From the NCBI RefSeq assembly GCF_988243305.1, contig NZ_OZ547136.1: a DNA stretch of 64,000 bases; one strand, given 5' to 3'. Position numbers and translations under genes: made by a program. Under the pieces are notes generated by a model. It was not told the origin of the DNA. It did not search any database and saw only the letters and a list, made by a program, of their open reading frames with translations. Of this stretch, positions 49,674 through 61,800 are shown piece after piece (position 1 is the stretch's first letter; each line of letters starts with the position of its first letter).

Positions 49674-52600
49674 ATGATTTCTGGCGCACCATCTCAGGAT
49701 TCGCTGTTACCGGACAACCGCCACGCGGCTGATTACCAACAATTACGCGAGCGGCTCATACAGGAACTGAATTTAACGCCGCAGCAGTTACATGAAGAGA
49801 GCAACCTGATCCAGGCCGGCCTGGATTCCATAAGATTGATGAGATGGTTACACTGGTTTCGTAAAAATGGCTACCGCCTTACCCTTCGCGAGCTGTATGC
49901 CGCCCCCACGCTGGCGGCATGGAACCAGTTAATGCTCAGCCGGTCGCCGGAGAACGCGGAAGAAGAAACGCCGCCCGACGAATCATCCTGGCCGAACATG
50001 ACCGAAAGTACCCCCTTCCCATTGACGCCAGTACAGCACGCCTACCTGACGGGCCGCATGCCGGGGCAGACGCTTGGCGGCGTGGGTTGCCACCTGTATC
50101 AGGAGTTTGAAGGCCATTGTCTGACGGCGTCGCAGCTGGAGCAGGCCATCACGACCTTGCTGCAACGCCACCCAATGCTGCATATCGCCTTTCGCCCCGA
50201 CGGGCAGCAGGTCTGGCTACCGCAACCTTACTGGAACGGCGTCACCGTCCATGATTTACGCCATAACGACGCTGAAAGCCGCCAGGCCTATCTGGACGCA
50301 CTGCGCCAGCGCCTGAGCCACCGTCTTTTACGCGTGGAAATCGGCGAAACGTTTGATTTTCAGCTGACGCTCTTGCCGGACAATCGCCACCGCCTCCATG
50401 TCAATATTGACCTGCTGATTATGGATGCCTCCAGCTTTACGCTTTTCTTCGATGAGCTTAACGCCCTGCTGGCCGGAGAATCGCTGCCGGCTATCGACAC
50501 CCGCTATGATTTCCGCTCGTATTTGCTGCACCAGCAGAAGATCAATCAACCACTGAGAGACGACGCGCGCGCTTACTGGCTGGCGAAAGCATCGACGCTT
50601 CCCCCCGCGCCCGTCTTGCCGCTGGCCTGCGAACCCGCCACGCTATGTGAAGTCCGTAATACCCGACGCCGCATGATTGTCCCGGCAACACGCTGGCACG
50701 CCTTTAGCAACCGGGCCGGCGAGTATGGCGTGACGCCGACAATGGCACTGGCGACCTGTTTTTCTGCCGTGCTGGCTCGCTGGGGCGGCCTGACGCGTCT
50801 GCTGCTTAACATCACCTTATTCGACCGCCAGCCGCTGCACCCGGCGGTTGGCGCGATGCTTGCCGACTTCACCAATATTCTTCTGCTGGATACCGCCTGC
50901 GATGGCGATACCGTCAGCAACCTGGCGCGTAAAAACCAGCTCACGTTTACGGAGGACTGGGAGCATCGCCACTGGTCCGGCGTCGAATTACTCCGTGAAC
51001 TCAAACGCCAGCAGCGCTACCCCCACGGCGCCCCGGTGGTATTTACCAGCAATCTGGGGCGTTCCCTCTACAGCAGCCGCGCAGAATCGCCGTTGGGCGA
51101 GCCGGAATGGGGCATCTCGCAAACGCCGCAGGTCTGGATAGATCATCTGGCGTTCGAGCATCACGGCGAGGTCTGGCTACAATGGGACAGCAACGACGCG
51201 CTGTTCCCTCCGGCGTTAGTCGAAACATTGTTCGACGCCTACTGCCAGTTGATTAACCAACTCTGCGATGACGAAAGCGCCTGGCAAAAGCCGTTCGCAG
51301 ATATGATGCCCGCCAGCCAGCGCGCGATACGCGAACGGGTCAACGCCACCGGCGCCCCCATTCCCGAAGGCTTGCTGCATGAAGGCATTTTCCGTATCGC
51401 TCTGCAACAGCCGCAGGCGCTGGCGGTAACGGACATGCGTTATCAGTGGAATTATCATGAGCTGACAGACTATGCCCGCCGTTGCGCGGGCAGGTTAATC
51501 GAGTGCGGGGTTCAGCCCGGCGATAATGTGGCTATCACGATGTCGAAAGGCGCAGGACAACTTGTTGCGGTTCTGGCCGTCCTGCTGGCCGGGGCGGTTT
51601 ACGTTCCGGTTTCGCTGGATCAGCCTGCCGCACGGCGCGAGAAAATCTACGCTGACGCCAGCGTCCGGCTGGTGCTCATTTGTCAGCACGACGCCAGCGC
51701 CGGGTCAGACGATATTCCCGTCCTTGCCTGGCAGCAGGCCATTGAGGCGGAGCCGATCGCCAACCCGGTAGTACGCGCCCCCACGCAACCGGCCTACATT
51801 ATCTACACCTCCGGCTCTACCGGTACGCCGAAAGGGGTAGTCATTTCTCACCGGGGAGCGCTTAACACCTGTTGCGATATCAATACCCGCTATCAGGTTG
51901 GCCCGCATGACAGGGTGCTGGCCCTCTCCGCCCTACATTTTGATTTATCGGTTTACGACATTTTTGGCGTACTGCGCGCGGGCGGCGCGCTGGTGATGGT
52001 GATGGAAAATCAACGGCGCGATCCTCACGCATGGTGTGAGCTGATCCAGCGCCATCAGGTCACGCTCTGGAACAGCGTCCCGGCGCTGTTCGATATGCTG
52101 CTGACCTGGTGTGAAGGTTTCGCCGACGCCACGCCGGAAAACCTGCGCGCAGTGATGCTTTCCGGCGACTGGATCGGGCTTGACCTCCCCGCCCGTTATC
52201 GGGCCTTCCGGCCACAAGGACAATTTATCGCGATGGGCGGTGCCACCGAGGCGTCTATCTGGTCTAACGCCTGCGAAATTCACGACGTCCCCGCCCACTG
52301 GCGCTCCATCCCTTACGGTTTTCCGCTAACCAACCAACGCTACCGGGTGGTGGATGAACAGGGCCGGGACTGCCCTGACTGGGTGCCGGGTGAATTATGG
52401 ATTGGCGGCATTGGGGTCGCGGAAGGCTATTTCAACGATCCCCTGCGTAGCGAGCAGCAATTTTTGACGCTCCCGGACGAGCGCTGGTATCGCACCGGCG
52501 ATCTCGGCTGCTACTGGCCAGATGGCACAATCGAGTTCCTCGGTCGTCGCGACAAGCAGGTCAAAGTCGGAGGATATCGCATCGAGCTGGGCGAAATCGA

Positions 52601-55600
52601 AAGCGCGCTCAGCCAGCTGGCGGGGGTGAAACAAGCAACCGTTCTGGCGATCGGCGAAAAAGAAAAAACGCTGGCGGCATACGTTGTTCCTCAGGGCGAG
52701 GCTTTTTGCGTTACCGATCATCGGAACCCGGCACTGCCGCAGGCGTGGCACACGCTTGCGGGAACGTTGCCCTGTTGCGCCATCTCGCCAGAGATCTCCG
52801 CAGAACAGGTAGCCGATTTCCTTCAGCATCGCCTGCTAAAACTGAAGCCGGGTCACACCGCTGGCGCCGATCCTCTCCCCCTGATGAACTCACTCGCTAT
52901 CCAGCCGCGCTGGCAGGCCGTGGTGGAACGCTGGTTAGCATTTCTGGTGACACAACGGCGACTGAAGCCCGCTGCTGAAGGTTATCAGGTCTGCGCTGGT
53001 GAAGAACGCGAGGATGAGCACCCGCACTTCAGCGGACATGATTTAACGTTATCGCAAATTCTTCGCGGTGCCCGTAACGAACTGTCGTTACTGAACGACG
53101 CGCAGTGGTCGCCGGAAAGCCTGGCCTTTAACCATCCGGCCAGCGCCCCGTATATTCAGGAACTGGCGACAATTTGCCAACAGCTTGCACAGCGCTTACA
53201 GCGCCCGGTGCGCCTGCTTGAGGTGGGAACCCGCACTGGCCGCGCCGCAGAATCGCTGTTAGCACAGCTCAACGCCGGACAGATTGAGTATGTCGGGCTT
53301 GAGCAGAGCCAGGAGATGCTGCTGAGCGCCCGGCAGAGGCTCGCCCCCTGGCCTGGCGCCCGTCTGTCCCTCTGGAATGCAGACACGCTGGCGGCGCACG
53401 CTCACTCGGCGGACATTATCTGGCTTAATAACGCCCTGCATCGTCTGCTGCCGGAAAATCCCGGGCTCCTTGCGACATTACAACAGCTTGCCGTTCCCGG
53501 CGCGCTGCTCTACGTGATGGAGTTTCGCCAGTTAACGCCGTCCGCCCTACTCAGCACGCTCCTGTTAACCAATGGGCAGCCGGAGGCCTTGCTGCATAAC
53601 AGCGCCGACTGGGCGGCATTATTTAGCGCGGCCGCCTTCAACTGTCAGCATGGCGATGAGGTCGCGGGGTTACAACGCTTCCTCGTACAATGTCCTGACA
53701 GGCAGGTGCGCCGCGATCCCCGTCAACTTCAGGCCGCCCTCGCCGGGCGTCTGCCGGGGTGGATGGTGCCGCAACGGATCGTCTTCCTCGACGCCTTACC
53801 GCTGACGGCTAACGGGAAAATTGACTACCAGGCGCTGAAGCGTCGTCATACCCCTGAAGCGGAAAACCCGGCCGAAGCGGATTTACCCCAGGGCGACATT
53901 GAAAAACAGGTTGCCGCCCTCTGGCAGCAACTCTTATCAACTGGCAATGTCACCAGAGAAACCGACTTCTTCCAGCAAGGCGGCGATAGCCTGCTGGCGA
54001 CCCGTCTGACCGGGCAACTTCATCAGGCAGGTTATGAAGCGCAATTAAGCGACCTGTTTAATCATCCCCGGCTGGCGGATTTTGCCGCCACGCTGCGGAA
54101 AACCGACGTCCCGGTCGAACAACCATTCGTCCACTCCCCTGAAGATCGCTACCAGCCCTTTGCGCTTACCGACGTGCAGCAGGCTTACCTGGTGGGGCGT
54201 CAGCCGGGCTTTGCCCTGGGCGGCGTCGGCTCACATTTCTTTGTTGAATTTGAAATTGCCGATCTGGATCTCACCCGGCTGGAGACGGTCTGGAACCGAT
54301 TAATCGCCCGCCACGATATGCTACGCGCCGTCGTGCGTGATGGACAGCAACAGGTGCTCGAACAGACGCCTCGCTGGGTAATACCCGCACACATCCTCCA
54401 TACGCCTGAAGAGGCGTTGCAGGTGCGCGAAAAACTGGCCCATCAGGTACTCAACCCCGAAGTCTGGCCGGTATTCGATCTCCAGGTCGGTTACGTTGAC
54501 GGGATGCCCGCCCGCCTGTGGCTGTGTCTGGATAACCTGTTACTTGACGGGCTGAGCATGCAGATCCTGCTGGCGGAGCTGGAGCACGGCTACCGCTACC
54601 CGCAACAGCTGCTTCCGCCGCTGCCCGTCACCTTCAGGGATTATCTGCAACAACCCTCGCTACAGTCGCCCAATCCAGATTCTCTGGCATGGTGGCAGGC
54701 GCAGCTTGATGATATTCCTCCGGCGCCTGCGTTGCCGCTGCGCTGCTTGCCTCAGGAGGTTGAAACACCGCGCTTCGCCCGCCTGAACGGCGCACTGGAC
54801 AGCACGCGCTGGCATCGGCTGAAAAAACGGGCGGCTGACGCCCATCTCACCCCGTCGGCCGTACTGTTGTCGGTGTGGTCAACGGTTCTCTCTGCATGGA
54901 GTGCACAGCCTGAGTTCACGCTTAACCTTACGCTTTTCGACAGGCGACCGCTGCACCCGCAAATCAACCAGATTCTGGGCGATTTCACCTCGCTGATGCT
55001 GCTGAGCTGGCATCCCGGCGAAAGCTGGCTGCACAGCGCGCAGTCACTACAGCAGCGGCTGAGCCAGAACCTCAACCACCGCGATGTGTCAGCCATCCGC
55101 GTGATGCGTCAACTGGCGCAACGGCAAAACGTGCCTGCCGTTCCGATGCCCGTCGTCTTTACCAGCGCACTGGGCTTTGAGCAGGATAACTTCCTCGCCC
55201 GGCGTAATCTGCTCAAACCGGTCTGGGGCATCTCCCAGACGCCGCAGGTCTGGCTCGATCACCAGATTTATGAATCCGAAGGCGAACTGCGCTTTAACTG
55301 GGATTTTGTCGCCGCGCTGTTTCCTGCCGGGCAGGTGGAGCGCCAGTTTGAACAGTATTGCGCATTGCTAAACCGAATGGCCGAGGATGAAAGCGGCTGG
55401 CAACTGCCGCTCGCCGCGCTGGTGCCTCCCGTTAAACACGCAGGGCAATGCGCAGAGCGCTCACCGCGCGTATGCCCTGAGCACTCTCAGCCACACATTG
55501 CGGCGGACGAGAGCACCGTCAGCCTGATTTGCGACGCCTTCCGCGAGGTGGTTGGCGAGTCTGTCACGCCCGCAGAAAACTTCTTTGAGGCGGGCGCAAC

Positions 55601-55781
55601 GTCGCTGAATCTGGTGCAACTGCACGTTTTGTTACAACGTCACGAATTTTCCACCCTGACGTTGCTTGACCTCTTCACCCACCCTTCTCCTGCTGCCCTG
55701 GCCGATTATCTGGCCGGCGTCGCCACGGTGGAGAAAACAAAACGACCTCGCCCTGTTCGCCGTCGTCAGCGGCGGATATAG
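49674..55781 (+). CDS. irp2: Yersiniabactin NRPS HMWP2
   Basis: 2035 aa from [28 protein letters not shown]...; carrier, cyclization/condensation and adenylation domains (e.g. [18 protein letters not shown]). Confidence 0.93.
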   Translation: MISGAPSQDSLLPDNRHAADYQQLRERLIQELNLTPQQLHEESNLIQAGLDSIRLMRWLHWFRKNGYRLTLRELYAAPTLAAWNQLMLSRSPENAEEETPPDESSWPNMTESTPFPLTPVQHAYLTGRMPGQTLGGVGCHLYQEFEGHCLTASQLEQAITTLLQRHPMLHIAFRPDGQQVWLPQPYWNGVTVHDLRHNDAESRQAYLDALRQRLSHRLLRVEIGETFDFQLTLLPDNRHRLHVNIDLLIMDASSFTLFFDELNALLAGESLPAIDTRYDFRSYLLHQQKINQPLRDDARAYWLAKASTLPPAPVLPLACEPATLCEVRNTRRRMIVPATRWHAFSNRAGEYGVTPTMALATCFSAVLARWGGLTRLLLNITLFDRQPLHPAVGAMLADFTNILLLDTACDGDTVSNLARKNQLTFTEDWEHRHWSGVELLRELKRQQRYPHGAPVVFTSNLGRSLYSSRAESPLGEPEWGISQTPQVWIDHLAFEHHGEVWLQWDSNDALFPPALVETLFDAYCQLINQLCDDESAWQKPFADMMPASQRAIRERVNATGAPIPEGLLHEGIFRIALQQPQALAVTDMRYQWNYHELTDYARRCAGRLIECGVQPGDNVAITMSKGAGQLVAVLAVLLAGAVYVPVSLDQPAARREKIYADASVRLVLICQHDASAGSDDIPVLAWQQAIEAEPIANPVVRAPTQPAYIIYTSGSTGTPKGVVISHRGALNTCCDINTRYQVGPHDRVLALSALHFDLSVYDIFGVLRAGGALVMVMENQRRDPHAWCELIQRHQVTLWNSVPALFDMLLTWCEGFADATPENLRAVMLSGDWIGLDLPARYRAFRPQGQFIAMGGATEASIWSNACEIHDVPAHWRSIPYGFPLTNQRYRVVDEQGRDCPDWVPGELWIGGIGVAEGYFNDPLRSEQQFLTLPDERWYRTGDLGCYWPDGTIEFLGRRDKQVKVGGYRIELGEIESALSQLAGVKQATVLAIGEKEKTLAAYVVPQGEAFCVTDHRNPALPQAWHTLAGTLPCCAISPEISAEQVADFLQHRLLKLKPGHTAGADPLPLMNSLAIQPRWQAVVERWLAFLVTQRRLKPAAEGYQVCAGEEREDEHPHFSGHDLTLSQILRGARNELSLLNDAQWSPESLAFNHPASAPYIQELATICQQLAQRLQRPVRLLEVGTRTGRAAESLLAQLNAGQIEYVGLEQSQEMLLSARQRLAPWPGARLSLWNADTLAAHAHSADIIWLNNALHRLLPENPGLLATLQQLAVPGALLYVMEFRQLTPSALLSTLLLTNGQPEALLHNSADWAALFSAAAFNCQHGDEVAGLQRFLVQCPDRQVRRDPRQLQAALAGRLPGWMVPQRIVFLDALPLTANGKIDYQALKRRHTPEAENPAEADLPQGDIEKQVAALWQQLLSTGNVTRETDFFQQGGDSLLATRLTGQLHQAGYEAQLSDLFNHPRLADFAATLRKTDVPVEQPFVHSPEDRYQPFALTDVQQAYLVGRQPGFALGGVGSHFFVEFEIADLDLTRLETVWNRLIARHDMLRAVVRDGQQQVLEQTPRWVIPAHILHTPEEALQVREKLAHQVLNPEVWPVFDLQVGYVDGMPARLWLCLDNLLLDGLSMQILLAELEHGYRYPQQLLPPLPVTFRDYLQQPSLQSPNPDSLAWWQAQLDDIPPAPALPLRCLPQEVETPRFARLNGALDSTRWHRLKKRAADAHLTPSAVLLSVWSTVLSAWSAQPEFTLNLTLFDRRPLHPQINQILGDFTSLMLLSWHPGESWLHSAQSLQQRLSQNLNHRDVSAIRVMRQLAQRQNVPAVPMPVVFTSALGFEQDNFLARRNLLKPVWGISQTPQVWLDHQIYESEGELRFNWDFVAALFPAGQVERQFEQYCALLNRMAEDESGWQLPLAALVPPVKHAGQCAERSPRVCPEHSQPHIAADESTVSLICDAFREVVGESVTPAENFFEAGATSLNLVQLHVLLQRHEFSTLTLLDLFTHPSPAALADYLAGVATVEKTKRPRPVRRRQRRI

Positions 55782-55868
55782 CGCGAAGCAAACTGATTTT
55801 CCCCGGAACGCCATCGCGAACGCATGGCGTTCCATTGACTTTGTGAATCTTAGGAAACGGGACCGATT

Positions 55869-58800
55869 ATGGATAACTTGCGCTTCTCTTCTGCGCCGAC
55901 AGCAGATTCCATTGATGCATCGATCGTTCAACACTACCCGGACTGCGAACCTGTCGCGGTTATCGGCTACGCCTGCCATTTTCCTGAGTCGCCGGATGGC
56001 GAAACGTTCTGGCAAAATCTGCTGGAAGGTCGTGAATGCAGCCGACGCTTTACGCGCGAAGAGCTTCTGGCCGTCGGTCTGGATGCCGCCATCATTGACG
56101 ATCCTCATTATGTCAATATCGGTACGGTGTTAGACAACGCCGACTGCTTCGACGCCACCCTGTTTGGCTATTCGCGACAGGAAGCGGAGTCGATGGACCC
56201 GCAGCAGCGCCTGTTTTTGCAGGCGGTCTGGCATGCGCTGGAACATGCCGGTTATGCCCCCGGCGCCGTCCCCCATAAGACCGGCGTTTTCGCCTCTTCC
56301 CGGATGAGTACCTACCCCGGTCGCGAAGCATTGAACGTGACAGAAGTCGCGCAGGTAAAAGGTCTGCAATCTCTGATGGGCAATGATAAAGACTATATTG
56401 CCACCCGCGCCGCGTACAAACTCAACCTGCACGGCCCGGCGTTATCGGTACAGACCGCCTGCTCCAGCTCGCTGGTTGCCGTGCATCTGGCCTGTGAAAG
56501 CCTGCGCGCAGGCGAATCCGATATGGCGGTTGCCGGCGGCGTGGCGCTCTCTTTCCCCCAGCAGGCAGGCTACCGCTACCAGCCCGGAATGATTTTCTCT
56601 CCTGATGGTCACTGTCGTCCCTTTGACGCCTCGGCTGAGGGCACCTGGGCCGGTAACGGTCTCGGCTGCGTGGTGCTGCGTCGCCTGAGAGACGCGCTGC
56701 TGTCAGGCGATCCGATTATCTCGGTGATCCTCTCCAGCGCGGTCAACAACGACGGCAACAGAAAGGTCGGCTATACCGCCCCTTCCGTCGCAGGGCAACA
56801 GGCAGTCATCGAAGAGGCGTTAATGCTGGCGGCCATCGACGACAGGCAGGTAGGTTACATTGAAACCCACGGCACCGGCACACCGCTGGGCGACGCGATT
56901 GAAATTGAAGCGTTACGCAACGTCTATGCGCCTCGCCCGCAGGATCAGCGCTGTGCGCTCGGTTCCGTGAAAAGTAACATGGGCCATCTGGATACCGCGG
57001 CGGGCATTGCCGGACTGCTGAAAACCGTTCTGGCAGTCAGTCGCGGGCAAATTCCTCCCTTACTGAATTTTCACACCCCCAACCCGGCGCTGAAACTTGA
57101 AGAGAGCCCCTTTACCATACCGGTGTCGGCACAGGCATGGCAGGACGAAATGCGCTATGCGGGCGTCTCCTCCTTTGGTATTGGCGGCACCAACTGCCAT
57201 ATGATCGTCGCCTCGCTGCCCGACGCGCTCAACGCGCGCCTCCCCAATACGGATAGCGGCAGAAAAAGTACCGCGCTGCTGCTCAGCGCCGCCAGCGACA
57301 GCGCGTTGCGGCGGCTGGCGACGGATTATGCCGGGGCGCTGAGAGAGAATGCGGATGCCAGCTCTCTGGCCTTCACAGCCCTGCACGCGCGCCGTCTCGA
57401 TCTCCCCTTCCGCCTGGCGGCGCCATTAAACCGTGAAACCGCCGAGGCGCTCAGCGCCTGGGCCGGTGAGAAATCGGGGGCGCTGGTTTACAGCGGCCAC
57501 GGCGCCAGCGGCAAGCAGGTGTGGCTGTTTACCGGCCAGGGCTCGCACTGGCGCACTATGGGTCAAACGATGTACCATCACTCAACGGCGTTTGCCGACA
57601 CGCTGGATCGCTGTTTTTCCGCCTGTAGCGAAATGCTCACGCCGTCACTGCGCGAAGCGATGTTTAATCCCGATTCGGCGCAGCTGGACAATATGGCCTG
57701 GGCGCAGCCGGCGATTGTCGCGTTTGAAATCGCGATGGCGGCGCACTGGCGTGCTGAAGGACTGAAGCCAGACTTCGCCATTGGGCATTCCGTCGGTGAA
57801 TTTGCCGCTGCCGTTGTCTGCGGACACTATACGATTGAACAGGTCATGCCACTGGTTTGTCGGCGCGGCGCGCTAATGCAGCAGTGCGCAAGCGGCGCGA
57901 TGGTGGCGGTATTTGCAGACGAAGACACGCTGATGCCGCTGGCTCGCCAGTTTGAGCTGGATCTCGCCGCCAACAACGGTACGCAACATACGGTATTTTC
58001 CGGGCCGGAAGCCCGTCTCGCGGTATTTTGCGCCACGCTCTCGCAGCATGACATTAACTATCGTCGCCTGAGCGTAACCGGTGCGGCGCACTCCGCTTTA
58101 CTGGAGCCGATACTCGATCGGTTCCTGGACACCTGCGCGGGACTGCACGCGGAGCCGGGGCAAATACCGATTATTTCCACGCTCACCGCCGACGTCATTG
58201 ATGAGTCAACGCTCAACCAGGCGGATTACTGGCGCCGACACATGCGCCAGCCGGTGCGTTTTATCCAGAGTATTCAGGTGGCGCATCAGCTCGGCGCCCG
58301 CGTTTTTCTGGAGATGGGGCCCGATGCCCAGTTGGTTGCTTGCGGGCAGCGCGAATACCGCGATAACGCATACTGGATAGCCAGCGCCCGGCGTAACAAA
58401 GAGGCGAGCGATGTCCTCAATCAGGCCCTGCTCCAGCTTTACGCTGCCGGCGTCGCCCTACCGTGGGCCGACCTGCTGGCGGGCGATGGACAACGTATCG
58501 CTGCGCCATGTTATCCGTTTGATACTGAACGTTACTGGAAAGAGCGCGTCTCCCCGGCCTGCGAGCCTGCCGACGCAGCGCTGTCTGCCGGGCTGGAGGT
58601 GGCGAGTCGCGCCGCGACAGCGCTCGATCTCCCTCGCCTGGAAGCGCTTAAACAGTGCGCCACGCGACTGCACGCCATCTACGTCGATCAACTGGTACAA
58701 CGCTGTACCGGCGATGCCATTGAGAACGGCGTGGACGCCATGACCATCATGCGCCGTGGACGTCTGCTGCCCCGCTACCAGCAGCTACTCCAGCGCCTGC

Positions 58801-61800
58801 TGAATAACTGCGTGGTCGACGGCGATTACCGCTGCACCGACGGGCGATACGTCCGCGCCCGCCCCATTGAACATCAACAGCGGGAATCACTGCTGACGGA
58901 ACTTGCCGGTTATTGTGAAGGTTTTCAGGCTATTCCCGACACCATCGCCCGTGCCGGCGATCGGTTATATGAAATGATGAGCGGCGCGGAAGAACCGGTG
59001 GCGATTATCTTCCCGCAAAGCGCCTCCGACGGCGTGGAAGTGCTGTATCAGGAATTCAGCTTTGGCCGCTATTTCAACCAAATCGCCGCCGGGGTATTAC
59101 GCGGCATTGTCCAGACGCGTCAGCCCCGCCAGCCGTTGCGTATTCTTGAAGTTGGCGGCGGAACCGGCGGCACCACCGCGTGGCTGCTGCCGGAACTCAA
59201 CGGCGTTCCGGCACTGGAGTACCATTTCACCGATATCTCGGCGCTGTTCACCCGTCGCGCCCAGCAGAAATTCGCCGACTACGATTTTGTGAAGTATAGC
59301 GAGCTGGATCTCGAAAAAGAGGCGCAGTCTCAGGGTTTCCAGGCACAGTCTTACGATCTTATCGTGGCAGCGAACGTGATTCACGCCACCCGCCATATTG
59401 GCCGCACGCTCGATAATCTGCGCCCCCTGCTCAAGCCGGGCGGGCGCCTGCTGATGCGCGAAATCACCCAGCCAATGCGTCTGTTTGACTTCGTTTTCGG
59501 CCCGCTGGTTCTTCCGCTACAGGATCTCGACGCCCGCGAAGGTGAGTTATTCCTCACCACCGCTCAGTGGCAACAACAGTGCCGCCACGCCGGATTCAGC
59601 AAAGTGGCGTGGCTACCGCAGGATGGCAGCCCGAACGCCGGGATGAGCGAACATATCATTCTCGCCACGCTGCCCGGTCAGGCGGTTAGCGCCGTAACAT
59701 TCACCGCGCCATCAGAACCCGTGTTGGGGCAGGCGCTGACGGATAACGGTGATTATCTCGCCGACTGGTCTGATTGCGCAGGTCAGCCCGAACAGTTTAA
59801 CGCCCGCTGGCAGGAGGCATGGCGTCTGCTTTCACAGCGTCATGGCGACGCTCTGCCTGTGGAACCGCCCCCCGTCGCCGCCCCGGAGTGGCTGGGGAAG
59901 GTTCGCTTAAGCTGGCAAAACGAAGCCTTTTCCCGCGGTCAGATGCGCGTTGAAGCCCGTCATCCTGCTGGCGAGTGGCTGCCGCTATCGCCCGCCGCGC
60001 CTCTTCCTGCGCCGCAAACGCATTATCAATGGCGCTGGACGCCCCTCAACGTCGCCAGCATTGACCATCCGCTTACCTTTAGCTTCAGCGCCGGTACGCT
60101 TGCGCGCAGCGACGAGCTGGCGCAATACGGCATCATTCACGATCCGCACGCCTCTTCACGACTGATGATTGTTGAGGAGAGCGAGGATACGCTGGCCTTA
60201 GCGGAGAAAGTGATAGCAGCGCTCACCGCCAGCGCAGCCGGATTGATTGTGGTTACTCGCCGCGCGTGGCGAGTCGAGGAAAATGAAGCACTCTCTGCAT
60301 CCCATCACGCGCTATGGGCCTTGCTTCGCGTCGCGGCCAACGAACAGCCGGAACGGTTGCTTGCCGCCATCGATCTCGCCGAAAACACCCCGTGGGAAAC
60401 GCTGCATCAAGGGTTGAGCGCAGTCTCACTATCACAGCGCTGGCTCGCCGCACGGAGTGACACCCTTTGGCTTCCTTCACTGTCGCCCAATACGGGATGC
60501 GCCGCTGAATTACCGGCAAACGTGTTTACCGGCGATAGCCGCTGGCATCTGGTGACCGGAGCGTTTGGCGGATTAGGCCGCCTTGCCGTGAACTGGCTCA
60601 GAGAAAAAGGGGCGCGACGCATCGCCCTGCTGGCGCCGCGCGTGGATGAGTCATGGCTACGCGACGTGGAGGGCGGGCAGACGCGCGTCTGCCGTTGTGA
60701 TGTGGGCGATGCCGGGCAACTGGCCACGGTTCTTGACGATCTGGCGGCCAACGGCGGCATTGCCGGAGCGATTCATGCCGCTGGCGTATTGGCTGACGCG
60801 CCCTTGCAGGAGCTTGATGACCACCAGCTGGCTGCCGTTTTCGCGGTAAAAGCGCAGGCGGCAAGCCAGCTGTTGCAAACCCTGCGCAACCACGACGGAC
60901 GCTATCTTATTCTCTACTCTTCCGCTGCCGCCACCCTCGGCGCGCCGGGTCAGAGCGCCCATGCGCTGGCCTGCGGCTACCTGGACGGGCTGGCCCAGCA
61001 GTTTTCCACCCTTGATGCGCCGAAAACGCTCTCTGTCGCCTGGGGCGCATGGGGAGAAAGCGGTCGGGCGGCCACGCCGGAAATGCTGGCGACGCTCGCC
61101 AGCCGAGGTATGGGCGCGTTAAGCGATGCCGAAGGCTGCTGGCACCTGGAACAGGCGGTGATGCGCGGCGCCCCGTGGCGACTGGCGATGCGCGTTTTTA
61201 CCGACAAAATGCCCCCGTTACAACAGGCTCTGTTTAACATCAGCGCCACAGAAAAAGCCGCAACGCCGGTCATTCCTCCTGCTGATGACAACGCCTTTAA
61301 CGGCAGCCTGAGCGATGAAACAGCGGTGATGGCATGGCTGAAAAAGCGGATTGCGGTTCAGCTAAGGCTGAGCGATCCGGCGTCACTGCATCCAAACCAG
61401 GATCTGTTGCAACTCGGCATGGACTCGCTGCTCTTCCTTGAACTCAGTAGCGATATTCAGCACTACCTGGGTGTACGCATCAATGCGGAACGGGCGTGGC
61501 AGGATCTGTCTCCTCATGGACTCACGCAGCTTATCTGTTCTAAGCCAGAGGCGACGCCTGCCGCTTCGCAGCCGGAAGTGTTGCGGCACGACGCCGACGA
61601 GCGTTATGCGCCCTTCCCTTTGACGCCCATTCAGCACGCCTACTGGCTGGGGCGAACCCACCTCATTGGCTATGGCGGCGTCGCCTGTCACGTCCTGTTT
61701 GAGTGGGATAAACGCCACGATGAGTTCGATCTCGCCATACTGGAGAAAGCATGGAACCAGCTCATCGCACGCCACGATATGTTGCGTATGGTGGTTGATG

